Of a stretch of 56,134 nt of DNA, positions 11,552 to 20,740 are shown piece after piece; the stretch's first letter is position 1; every line of letters begins with the position of its first letter. Position numbers and translations under genes: made by a program. Where the stretch lies: positions 1 to 56,134 of the forward strand of contig SHYZ01000004.1 in NCBI GenBank assembly GCA_009692535.1, in the 5' to 3' direction. The notes beneath the pieces are model-generated. The model ran no database searches. It saw nothing but the letters and a program-made list of their open reading frames with translations, and was not told the DNA's origin. The stretch is from Myxococcales bacterium (GTDB taxonomy: Bacteria; Myxococcota_A; Polyangia; Haliangiales; SHYZ01).

Positions 11552-13573
11552 ATGGCAAGGAGTCCTGTGCGCCGGTCGAGCCTGCCGTACCTGCTGGGTT
11601 GCTTCATCGTCGCGGGCGCGCTCGGCGCGCCGCTGCGCGGGCAATCGTCGTCGCCACGCAGCACCGCTCCTTCGGGCAACGCCACTTCCGACGAGCTTGG
11701 TCCCGACGACCGTGCTCCCGACGACGCTGTGGCGCGTCTGCAGGCGCTCGCGGCGATCCCCGACACCGAGGAGGCTGCGAGCGCGCGCGAACGCCTCGCA
11801 GAATTCGCGCTGGGTACGGACGCGGCGCGCGCCGAGGCCGCGGTCGAAGCGCTTGGCAGCTTCGGCCGCCATGCGGCCAGCGCACTCGAACAGGTGGTGG
11901 AGTCCGGCGCGACCCAAAGCGCGCGTCAGCGGGCGCTCGAACTGCGCCTCGCGCAGCGGCAGCCGGGCGACGGCGAGCGGTTCGCCGCGTTCGCGATCGC
12001 GGAGCTGCCGATGGCGTTGCGGCTGCTGGCGCTCGATGGCGTCGGCGACGATCCGGCGGCGTTGAAGACGATTTCGCCCCTGCTGCGCACGAGCGAGCCG
12101 CGGCTGCAGACTCGCGTGCTCCGATTGCTCGCCGCCGCCCACGATCCCGCCGCGATCGCCTTCGCGCACTCGACCCTCGCTCCCGATGCGCGCGCTCCGG
12201 TCACGCTCCAGGTCGCCGCCATCGACGTCCTGCGCGAAGAGCGCTCGCGTGCGGCGATCGAGCGCCTGATCGACGTCGCCGGCTTCGAGGCGGGCGAGGT
12301 GCGGCAGTTCGCGCAGAAGTCGCTGCTGGTGATCGAGCGCGGCTCAGTCCTGCTGACCGTGATCCCGATGCTGACGGAAGCCGCGCCGGTGTCGCGCGCG
12401 CTGGTCGCGATCGAGATCGTGCGGCACGTCGACCTCGCCGAGCTGCCCGAAGTGCAGGCGGCGCTGCGATCCACGCTCTCGCACGCGAGCGCCGAAGTGC
12501 GCGTCGCCGCGATCGAGGCGGTCGCGGCACTCGGCGACCGCGAGGCGCTGCCGAAGCTCGAGCGCGCCGCGCTCGACCCCGATCCGATGGTCGCCGCCAG
12601 CGCGATCCGTGGCGTCACGCTCCTGCGACGCGACGAACTGCCGTGGCGGCAGCGGTTGCTGCAGCTCGCACACTCCCGGCTGCCGGCGCAACGGCTCGCG
12701 GCCGTCGCGGCACTCGCCGACAGCGGTGTTCCCGCGGCGACCCCATTGCTCCTCGAACTCCTGTTGAACGAGTCCTGGGTGATGCGTGAACAGGCCGCAC
12801 GCGGCCTCGGCCAGATCCGCACGGCCGCCGCGATCGCGCCCTTGATCGAGCGCGTGGCGCAGGACCGGCGCCGAGTGCGGGTGGCCGCGGCGGCGGCGCT
12901 GCGCCGGATCACCGGCATGCCGTTCCAGGACAACGAGCGCGACTGGCGCCGCTGGTGGGCCGACCAACCGACGGACTTCGTGCCGCCGCCGCTCGAACAG
13001 GTCCTCGCGTTCGAGGAGCGTCTGGCCGCCAACCGCGTGCGTGGCACGACACGGTCGAGCTTCTACGGCGTCCCGGTCGAGAGCGAGCATCTCGCGCTGG
13101 TCGTCGACATCTCGGGGAGCATGGGGGGCCCGGGCGCAGAGGAGCGCACCAAGCTCGATGTGGCCAAGGACGAAGTGGCGCAGGTGGTCGCGAAGCTCGA
13201 GACCGGGGCGTGCTTGAACCTGCTCTTCTTCGCCGGCGAGGTGCGGCGATGGCGGCCGCGGCTGGCGAAGCTCGACCGCCGGGCGATCGCGGAGGCGACC
13301 GCGTTCGCGCGCAGCCAGCGGGCGAACGGCGCGACCAATCTTTTCGCTGCGCTCGCGCTGGCGCTCGAGGATCCCGAAGTCGACACCGTCTACGTGCTCT
13401 CCGATGGTGAGCCGACCGCGGGCAGATTTGTCCATCCGACGGAGTTGCGCGCCGCGATCCGCCACAAGAACTCCGGCGGCCGCGTCCTGATCCACGCCAT
13501 CTCGATCGGCGGCTCGAGCGCGCTCCTGCGCCACCTGGCAGAGGATTCGGGCGGCAACTACGTCGAGCGCTGA
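11552..13573 (+). CDS. Secreted HEAT-repeat protein with C-terminal vWA domain
   Basis: Signal-like N-terminus; HEAT-like repeats (EVRVAAIEAV, WVMREQAARGLG); MIDAS elements DISGS, GATN, LSDG. Confidence 0.85.
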   Translation: MARSPVRRSSLPYLLGCFIVAGALGAPLRGQSSSPRSTAPSGNATSDELGPDDRAPDDAVARLQALAAIPDTEEAASARERLAEFALGTDAARAEAAVEALGSFGRHAASALEQVVESGATQSARQRALELRLAQRQPGDGERFAAFAIAELPMALRLLALDGVGDDPAALKTISPLLRTSEPRLQTRVLRLLAAAHDPAAIAFAHSTLAPDARAPVTLQVAAIDVLREERSRAAIERLIDVAGFEAGEVRQFAQKSLLVIERGSVLLTVIPMLTEAAPVSRALVAIEIVRHVDLAELPEVQAALRSTLSHASAEVRVAAIEAVAALGDREALPKLERAALDPDPMVAASAIRGVTLLRRDELPWRQRLLQLAHSRLPAQRLAAVAALADSGVPAATPLLLELLLNESWVMREQAARGLGQIRTAAAIAPLIERVAQDRRRVRVAAAAALRRITGMPFQDNERDWRRWWADQPTDFVPPPLEQVLAFEERLAANRVRGTTRSSFYGVPVESEHLALVVDISGSMGGPGAEERTKLDVAKDEVAQVVAKLETGACLNLLFFAGEVRRWRPRLAKLDRRAIAEATAFARSQRANGATNLFAALALALEDPEVDTVYVLSDGEPTAGRFVHPTELRAAIRHKNSGGRVLIHAISIGGSSALLRHLAEDSGGNYVER

Positions 13574-13635
13574 GCGGTGCATCCCGTGAGCGGCGCGAAT
13601 TGAGCCCGACGGGCCCGCGCGCCGATGTCGCCGGC

Positions 13636-14721
13636 ATGGACCTTCCTCCTCGCGAGCTGGCGCGGCGATCCCGACTTGCATCGTGGCGGTCGCTGCTGCA
13701 CCCGGCGCTGATCGCGGCAGCGCTCGTGCTGCTCGCGACGGCGGCCATCGTCGACTGGCCGAAGAGCGATCCGCAGGCGCGCCGACAGCTGTCGTTGCGC
13801 GCGGCGGAACTCGAGGCGTGGTTGCGCCAGGAACTGCTGACGCCGATCGAGCGCAGCGAGTTCGCGGTGGCGGGCGGAGCGCCCGATTCGGCGCGGGCGT
13901 GGCGGGTGCTCTTCGCCGAAGTCGAGAAGCGCGCGGCGCAGTCGCTCGCCGATGGCGTGCAGCTGCCGGCGCTCGAGCGCGGCGGCGCGCTGGCGATCGA
14001 GCTCGATCTCGCCTGCGGTGCGCGTCACTTCACCGCGTTCGACTCGGTCGAGTCGCTGCTCGGGGACGAGTGGTTGCAGGATGCGCGCCTGCTGACGACG
14101 CTGCTCGATCGCGCGGTGGCCCCGCCGGACGGGACGCTCGCCGACTGGCTCGATGCCGCGGTGGTCTTCGCGGCCGACTTGCGCGCGACGGCGCTGCTCG
14201 AACCGGCGCTGCATGCGGCGCGGCTCGAGGAGGCGGTGCTGCGTCGCCTGGAGCGTCCAGGCGAACCGCTCGATGGCGCGGCGCTGCGCCGGGTGCGTGA
14301 TCACGCCGGCAGCGCGCGCGCGACGCTGCCGGCGGCCGCGCTGCTGGCGGAACGGGAGTCGCGGTTCGTGCAGGCGACGATCTGCATGCATGCCGACATC
14401 GCGCCGTTCCGATTGCCGCGCGAGCGGCAGCACGAGGGCGAGTCATGGCCGCTCATCCCGGCGGCAGCGGCGGTCGAGGAACTCGAGATCTACGACGAGC
14501 TGCTGGCAGGTCTCTTGGCGGAGCCGCAGGACCAGCGGGCGCGATCGAGCTTCGAGCGGTGGATCGAGAAGCTGACGAACGAGTCACCCCGAGCGACGGC
14601 ATTGCTCGCAGATGGCGGCCTGCTGCTGCCGGTGCGCGACGCCGCGAAACGGCTCGAGCGGATCGCGGCCGCGGCGGCGTTCGCAGCTCCCGGCGTTGAT
14701 CGCGCCGAAAGGCGGCAGTAG
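13636..14721 (+). CDS. Hypothetical protein with an N-terminal membrane anchor
   Basis: Fills the gap between co-oriented genes; hydrophobic segment ALIAAALVLLATAAIV; no recognised motif. Confidence 0.55.
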   Translation: MDLPPRELARRSRLASWRSLLHPALIAAALVLLATAAIVDWPKSDPQARRQLSLRAAELEAWLRQELLTPIERSEFAVAGGAPDSARAWRVLFAEVEKRAAQSLADGVQLPALERGGALAIELDLACGARHFTAFDSVESLLGDEWLQDARLLTTLLDRAVAPPDGTLADWLDAAVVFAADLRATALLEPALHAARLEEAVLRRLERPGEPLDGAALRRVRDHAGSARATLPAAALLAERESRFVQATICMHADIAPFRLPRERQHEGESWPLIPAAAAVEELEIYDELLAGLLAEPQDQRARSSFERWIEKLTNESPRATALLADGGLLLPVRDAAKRLERIAAAAAFAAPGVDRAERRQ

Positions 14722-14732
14722 CGTCCGGGGCG

Positions 14733-16397
14733 ATGAGCACCGCCACCACGATCGGGAGCGCCGTCGACGGCAGCTCCGCCGCGTTCCTGGCTCTGCGCGA
14801 AGCGATGGCGAAACGGGTCGCCGCGATCGCCGCCGATGAGCAGCGCCTGGCGCAAGGCGGTGGACCGAAGGCGATCGCCAAGCAGCACGAGAAGGGGCGG
14901 CTGACCGCGCGCGAGCGGATCGCGCGGCTGATCGACCCTGGGGCGGAGTTCTTCGAGCTCGCGGTGTTCGCCGCTTGGGGCATGTACGAGGAATGGGGAA
15001 CGCCGCCCGCGGCCGGAGTCGTGACCGGCATCGCTCGGGTGGCCGGGCGGCTGTTCATGGTCATCGCCAACGACGCCACGGTGAAAGCGGGCGCGTTCTT
15101 CCCGATGACCTGCAAGAAGGTCCTGCGCGCGCAGCGCATCGCGCTCGACAACCGGTTGCCGGTGATCTACCTGGTCGATTCAGCCGGCGTCTTCCTGCCG
15201 CTGCAGGAGGAGGTGTTTCCCGACGAGGACGACTTCGGCCGGGTCTTCCGCAACAACGCCGTGCTGTCGGCGCGCGGGACGCCGCAACTCGCCGCGATCA
15301 TGGGGATGTGCGTCGCGGGCGGCGCCTATCTGCCGGTGATGTGCGACACGCTGCTGATGACCGAGGGGTCGGGACTGTTCCTCGCCGGGCCATCGCTGGT
15401 GAAGGCGGCGATCGGGCAGCAGACGGGCGCGGAGGAGCTCGGCGGCGCGGCGATGCATGCCGAGATCTCGGGCACCGTCGACTTCAAGGAGAAGGACGAC
15501 GAAAGCTGCATCGCGCGGATCCGGTCGATCGTCGACAAGCTCGGCGCGCGGCCGGCGGCGCCGTTCGATCGGCGCGAGGCGCGCTCTCCGAAGTTCGACC
15601 CGGCCGAGCTGGCGGGGATCGTCTCGGTCGACGGGACGCGCGAGTACGACGTGCGCGAGGTGATCGCGCGGCTGGTCGATGCGAGCGAGTTCGACGAGTA
15701 CCGCAAGGAGTACGGGCCGACGCTGGTCTGCGGCTTCGCGCGGATCGGCGGCTTCGCGGTCGGGATTGTGGCGAACCAGAAACAGCACCAGCGGCGAGCC
15801 GGCCATCCGATCGAGTTCGGCGGCGTGATCTACAAGGAGTGCGCGGAGAAGGCGGCGCGCTTCATCCTCGATTGCGGGCAGAACCGGATCCCGCTGGTGT
15901 TCCTGCACGACGTGAACGGCTTCATGGTCGGGCGCGACGCGGAGCGCGGTGGGATCATCCGCGCCGGCGCGAAGCTGGTGAACGCGGTCAGCAACACGCC
16001 GGTGCCGAAGCTATCGGTGATCCTCGGCGGCAGCTTCGGCGCCGGCCACTACGCGATGTGCGGCAAGGCGTACGACCCGCGCTTCCTGTTCGTCTGGCCG
16101 AGCGCGCGCTACGCCGTGATGGGTGGCGCGCAGGCGGCCGCCACGCTGGTCGACGTGCGCGTGAGCCAGCTCGAAAAGGGCGGCAAGAAGCTGACCGACA
16201 GCGAGCGCGACGCCCTGCGCAAAGACACCGAAGCGCGTTACGCCACCGCGCTCGACCCCCGCTACGCCGCCGCCCGCCTCTGGTGCGACAAGATCCTCGA
16301 CCCCGCCAAAACCCGCGACGCCCTCATCACCGCGCTCGAGGTCGCCGCCCTCAACCCCGACGTCGCCGAACTGCGAACCGGCGTCTACCCGAGCTGA
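14733..16397 (+). CDS. Acyl-CoA carboxylase carboxyltransferase (methylcrotonyl-CoA carboxylase beta-like)
   Basis: GRLTARERI, ANDATVKAGA, YLVDSAG, CVAGGAY, GSFGAGHYAMCGKAYDPRF, YAAARLWCD. Confidence 0.92.
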   Translation: MSTATTIGSAVDGSSAAFLALREAMAKRVAAIAADEQRLAQGGGPKAIAKQHEKGRLTARERIARLIDPGAEFFELAVFAAWGMYEEWGTPPAAGVVTGIARVAGRLFMVIANDATVKAGAFFPMTCKKVLRAQRIALDNRLPVIYLVDSAGVFLPLQEEVFPDEDDFGRVFRNNAVLSARGTPQLAAIMGMCVAGGAYLPVMCDTLLMTEGSGLFLAGPSLVKAAIGQQTGAEELGGAAMHAEISGTVDFKEKDDESCIARIRSIVDKLGARPAAPFDRREARSPKFDPAELAGIVSVDGTREYDVREVIARLVDASEFDEYRKEYGPTLVCGFARIGGFAVGIVANQKQHQRRAGHPIEFGGVIYKECAEKAARFILDCGQNRIPLVFLHDVNGFMVGRDAERGGIIRAGAKLVNAVSNTPVPKLSVILGGSFGAGHYAMCGKAYDPRFLFVWPSARYAVMGGAQAAATLVDVRVSQLEKGGKKLTDSERDALRKDTEARYATALDPRYAAARLWCDKILDPAKTRDALITALEVAALNPDVAELRTGVYPS

Positions 16398-16441
16398 CCG
16401 CCACGTCCCCGGCATTCGCCGTTCGCCAGATCCGCACCTCC
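16398..16441 (+). repeat. Left inverted repeat of the Y1-transposase element
   Basis: CCGCCACGTCCCCGGCATTCGCCGTTCGCCAGATCCGCACCTCC matches the reverse complement of 17502-17547 with 4 mismatches and one 2-nt gap. Confidence 0.8.
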
Positions 16442-16496
16442 GAACTCGCGTGGTCACCGTCCTCTCCGCCGAGCGTCTCCAGCCCGGGGGGCGCTC

Positions 16497-17576
16497 ATGC
16501 CAGCGATTCAACGACGCGACGACCGCGGAAGCCTGCACCACTGCTATGGGCGGGGCGTGGCGAAGCGGACGGTGTTAGAGACCGACCTCGATCGGCGGTT
16601 TTTCCTGTCACGCTTGGCGAAGATCGTGCAACTCGGCCTGATCGAACTGCTCGCGTACTCGCTGTTGACCACGCACTTCCACCTGTTCTTGCGCAGCCTG
16701 CGCGGCGAGCTGTCGAAAGCGCTCGGGTGGCTTCTCCACCAGTACGTCTGCTACTTCAATCGAACGCGCGGGCGTGATGGCTCGCTGTTCAACGGCCGAT
16801 TCTGCTCGAAGCGGGTCGAGTCGACGGCGTACGAACGCGCGGTGCAGCTCTACATCGAGAACAACGCCGTCGACGCCGGCATCGTCGCCCGCGCCGCCGA
16901 CTACCCGTGGTGCAGCGCCCACGCCCGCGCGCGCGCCCGATCACCGCGCTGGCTTTCGGGCGGCGACGGACAGCTTTGGACGCCAATGGATGCGAGCGAG
17001 GAGATCGCGAATGCCCGCTGGCTCGTCGAGCAGCGGATGGTGCGCGGCCGCGGCGCGTCGGCCCCTGATCCGCTCTGCGAACTGCTCGACAAGCGCCGCG
17101 TCGACATCGTCGAGTGGCTGCGGCGACGGACCGCACTCGCCGACGGAACCGACATCGGAGTCCCGGTGGCCGCGCCGGGAGCTGTGGCGGTCGCGCTTCG
17201 CCGCCTCGGCTCCGCGGGCGATCCTGCGGCCGTCACCGGAGCTGGCATTGACCCGCATGCCGTCCACGTCGCGCTGCTGCGCACCCTCTGCGGACTGCGC
17301 TGGCCCGATATCGCTCGCGCGACCAACGTCGGGCGCACCGCCGCGCACCTTGCTGCCGACGTGTGCGCGCGTCGCATGCAGACCGATCCAGCGGTCGCCG
17401 CGCTGATCGGCTCGATCGCGGCGGAGGCGATCGAGCGCACGATTGGCGCCGCACGCGCACGGCGTTCCGGCGCGACGACTGGCGGCGCGGACGCGGAGGA
17501 GGGAGGTGTGCGGAACAGGCGAACGGCGAGTGCCGGGGACGAGGCGGCGATCGTCAGCGTCACCGGCGTTCGGTGA
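16497..17576 (+). mobile_element. Y1 (HUH) transposase, IS200/RAYT-like, with C-terminal HTH-like extension
   Basis: HHCYGRG, LLTTHFHLFL (HUH), YFNRTRGRDGSLFNGRF, YIENNAVDAG (catalytic Tyr), YPWCS; C-terminal LRWPDIARATNVGRTAAH. Confidence 0.85.
17502..17547 (-). repeat. Right inverted repeat of the Y1-transposase element
   Basis: GGAGGTGTGCGGAACAGGCGAACGGCGAGTGCCGGGGACGAGGCGG; inverse of 16398-16441. Confidence 0.8.
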
Positions 17577-18897
17577 TCTCGACCATCCGCTCCAGCGCGC
17601 GGCGGGCGTTCGCCACCACTTCGGCGCGCTCGTCAGCTGAAAGGCGTTCGCGGGCGCCGGTGGTTTCGTCGACGACGTCGCCGGCGATGACGCGGTTGGC
17701 GTCGGGCGCATGGCCTTTGCGCAACAGGTCGACGATGGCGACAAGGTGCGGGGGATCGTTGCGGGACATGGTGGCGCAGCCGCAGCCAATCGACTGGTAG
17801 GTCGGGTCGGGGATGTCGGCCAAGTGAACGACTTCAGCGCCGCGCGACCGCGCCAGCGCCCGCGCGTTCTTGACGAAGTGACCCTCGGTGGCGATGGCGA
17901 GCTTGTCGCCGGGCTTCGCGGCCTCGACCGCCGACCAGAGGTACCTGGTCGAGCCGGAACCGTCCGCCACCTGCACCACCGGCAACGGACTCTCCGGATG
18001 GACCAGCACCCGGTAGCCGCGCGCGCGCCAATAGTCGACCATCGCCGGCTTGAAGATCGTGTGCACGCCGCACGAACTGCCCCACCGGATCACTCGCGCC
18101 GCGTCCAGCCGCGCCCGCTCCTCCGCGCCCATCCGCGCGATCCGCATCTGCCCACCCGCCTCGCCGCCGCCCCACTGAAACTGCAGCTCCGGCGCGACGC
18201 CGCTCCACCAGCAGACGACTTCGGCGAGGTTCTGATCGGGCACGAACAGGACCTTCTTCTTCTGCGCGAGCGCCCACTGCAGCACCTTCTGCGCGTTTCC
18301 CGACGTGCAGACCGCGCCGCCAGTCGCGCCCGCCAACGCCTTCACCCGCCCCGACGTGTTCATGTACGCGATCACCATCAGCTCGTCGCCGTAGCGCGCG
18401 CGCAACTCCTCGACTGCGGGCGCCACCTGATGCTCCTTGGCGTACATCTCGAGCGTGCACCCGGCGCGCGGATTGGTGATCCATACCTGCTGGTGCGGAT
18501 GGGCGAGCGTCGCGATCGCATCGGCCATGAAGTGGACCGCGGACTCGACGATCAGCTCCGCCTGCGTGTTGCCGCGCGCCTGCAACGCCAGCTCGTAGCT
18601 GTCAGCGACGCGCCCGCCATACCGCTCGACCAACTTCACGATCTCGCCACCCATGTAGTAGTGCGCGAGCAGCAGCAGCCGCGGCCCAAACTCCTTCAAC
18701 GCCGGTTCGAGGTAGCGATCCATCCACGGCAGCACCGACTCGGGCGTGCGATCGGGCAGTGCCAGGTACTCCTCGGCGTACGGCTTGAACTCCTCCTGGT
18801 ACCAATCGAGCGGAAAATCGGTCTGGCAGATCGGCAGACCCGGCTCGATCTGGAGCCCGCTTGGACGGAACAGGTGCTCGACCGTGCGAGTGGACAT
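17560..18897 (-). CDS. nadA: Quinolinate synthase NadA
   Basis: LAHYY, ADSYELA, VHFMA, AGCTL, YMNTS, CTSGNA, PDQNL, CGVH, VHPE, GST, CATM (three Fe-S Cys). Start moved to ATG 18897. Confidence 0.9.
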   Translation of the reverse strand: MSTRTVEHLFRPSGLQIEPGLPICQTDFPLDWYQEEFKPYAEEYLALPDRTPESVLPWMDRYLEPALKEFGPRLLLLAHYYMGGEIVKLVERYGGRVADSYELALQARGNTQAELIVESAVHFMADAIATLAHPHQQVWITNPRAGCTLEMYAKEHQVAPAVEELRARYGDELMVIAYMNTSGRVKALAGATGGAVCTSGNAQKVLQWALAQKKKVLFVPDQNLAEVVCWWSGVAPELQFQWGGGEAGGQMRIARMGAEERARLDAARVIRWGSSCGVHTIFKPAMVDYWRARGYRVLVHPESPLPVVQVADGSGSTRYLWSAVEAAKPGDKLAIATEGHFVKNARALARSRGAEVVHLADIPDPTYQSIGCGCATMSRNDPPHLVAIVDLLRKGHAPDANRVIAGDVVDETTGARERLSADERAEVVANARRALERMVEITERR

Positions 18898-18925
18898 GCT
18901 GCACCGTTCTAGGGAAGCTCGCCGC

Positions 18926-19945
18926 ATGGACAAGCCGCGCGATCCGCAGCTCAATCCGAACCGGGTCGAGTCGCATTTCATCGAACTTGTGGAATGCCCG
19001 CGCGACGCGTTCCAGGGCTATCGCCGGCCGATTCCGACAGCGCGCAAGTCGGCCCATCTGGAAACGCTGGTGCGCGCCGGATTCCGGACCATCGACTTCG
19101 GTTCCTTCGTCTCGCCCAACGCGGTACCACAGATGGCCGACACCGAGGCCGTCTGGGCGGAACTGATGCGCGCGGGCTTGACGAGCAGGCGCGACCACTC
19201 ATCGGCCGCTGCACCAACGGCCGCTGCACCCATGGCCACGACCACCGCCGGATCAACCGCCGCGGCCGCTCCCGCCGCCGTCGACTGGATCGGCATCGTC
19301 GCCAACGAGCGCGGCCTCGAACGCCTGCTCGCACTGCCGGGCGTCACGACCGCCGGCTACCCCTTCTCCTGCTCTAAGACCTTCCAGCAGAAGAACACCG
19401 GCGCCTCGATCGAGCAGAGCTTCGACCGCCTCGACGCGCTGCTGTCGGCCACCCGCGCCGCCGGCCGCCGCCTGAACGTCTACCTCTCCATGGCCTTCGG
19501 CAATCCGTTCAACGATCCCTGGAGCCCCGACCTCGTCGCGCGGTTCGCCGAAAAGCTCCGCGCGCGCGGCGTCTCGAGCCTGCAACTCGCCGACACGGTC
19601 GGAACCGCAACCCCCGCGACCATCCGCGATCTCGTCACGAGCGTCGGCGCGACGATGCGGGACGCGCGCTTTGGCGTCCACCTCCACGCCCGCTCCGACG
19701 ACTTCGCGCAAAAGGTCGACGCCGCTCTCGACGCCGGCTGTCGCGCCTTCGACTCGGCGCTCGGTGGCGCCGGCGGCTGCCCGTTCGCCGGCGACGATTT
19801 GGTCGGCAACCTGCCGACCGAGGCGCTGATCGCACATCTTCGCGCGCGCGGCTTCGATCCCGCGATCGCTCCCGCGGCACTCCTCGCAGCCTCGGCATCC
19901 GCGGCCGCGGTGATCCACGACTTCGCCGGAGCTCCCGTCCCATGA
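18926..19945 (+). CDS. Hydroxymethylglutaryl-CoA lyase
   Basis: VECPRDAFQ, SFVSPNAVPQMAD, LADTVG, GVHLH, GGCPFA, GNLPTE. Confidence 0.92.
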   Translation: MDKPRDPQLNPNRVESHFIELVECPRDAFQGYRRPIPTARKSAHLETLVRAGFRTIDFGSFVSPNAVPQMADTEAVWAELMRAGLTSRRDHSSAAAPTAAAPMATTTAGSTAAAAPAAVDWIGIVANERGLERLLALPGVTTAGYPFSCSKTFQQKNTGASIEQSFDRLDALLSATRAAGRRLNVYLSMAFGNPFNDPWSPDLVARFAEKLRARGVSSLQLADTVGTATPATIRDLVTSVGATMRDARFGVHLHARSDDFAQKVDAALDAGCRAFDSALGGAGGCPFAGDDLVGNLPTEALIAHLRARGFDPAIAPAALLAASASAAAVIHDFAGAPVP

Positions 19946-20733
19946 GCGCGCCGCTGATCACCGTTCGCGACGTCGAAGATGTCCGCATCGTCACGCTCTC
20001 CCGCCCCGAGGTAAAGAACGCGCTCTCGGCGGACATGGTGAGCGCGCTGCTTGCCGCGCTCGACGCCGCCACCGCCGACCTTCGGCTGCGCGGCCTCGTG
20101 CTCGCTGGCGCTGGCGCCGACTTCTGCGCCGGCGCCGACCTCAAGTCGCTGCAGCAGCTCGCCACGCTCGGCTTCGAGGCCAACCGCGCTGACTCGCGCC
20201 ACCTTGCCGCGCTCTTCACTCGCATCCATCGCCATCGGCTGCCGATCGTCGCCGCCGTGCACGGCCACGCACTCGCCGGCGGGGCCGGCCTCGCCTGCGT
20301 CTGCGACCGCGTAGTCGCGGCCGACGACGCGAAGTTCGGCTTCACCGAGGCGCGCATCGGCTTCGTCGCGGCGATCGTGTCGCGCTTCCTGGTCGATCGC
20401 ACCGGCCCGCGCGTCGCGCGCGAGCTGCTCCTCACCGCCCGATTGGTGCAGGCCGGCGAGGCGCTCACCCTCGGCCTCGCCGACGAGGTCGCGCCCACCG
20501 CCGAGGTCGAGGCGCGCGCACTCGCCTGGCTCGCTTCGCTGCGCCGCTGCTCGAGTTCCTCGATTGCGCTGACCAAGACGCTGCTCGCCGACCTGCCCGG
20601 TACCGCCGCCGACGCCGCGCTCGACTGGGCTGCCGACCTGAACGCGCGCACGCGCGCCACCGACGACTGCCGCGAAGGCATCGCCTCGATGCTGGAGAAG
20701 CGCAAGCCGCGCTGGTGGCCGCCGACGTCGTGA
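19942..20733 (+). CDS. Enoyl-CoA hydratase (methylglutaconyl-CoA hydratase-like)
   Basis: LSRPEVKNAL, FCAGADL, ALAGGAGL, FGFTEARIG; ATGA overlap with the HMG-CoA lyase gene. Confidence 0.9.
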   Translation: MSAPLITVRDVEDVRIVTLSRPEVKNALSADMVSALLAALDAATADLRLRGLVLAGAGADFCAGADLKSLQQLATLGFEANRADSRHLAALFTRIHRHRLPIVAAVHGHALAGGAGLACVCDRVVAADDAKFGFTEARIGFVAAIVSRFLVDRTGPRVARELLLTARLVQAGEALTLGLADEVAPTAEVEARALAWLASLRRCSSSSIALTKTLLADLPGTAADAALDWAADLNARTRATDDCREGIASMLEKRKPRWWPPTS

Positions 20734-20740
20734 CCGTCGC

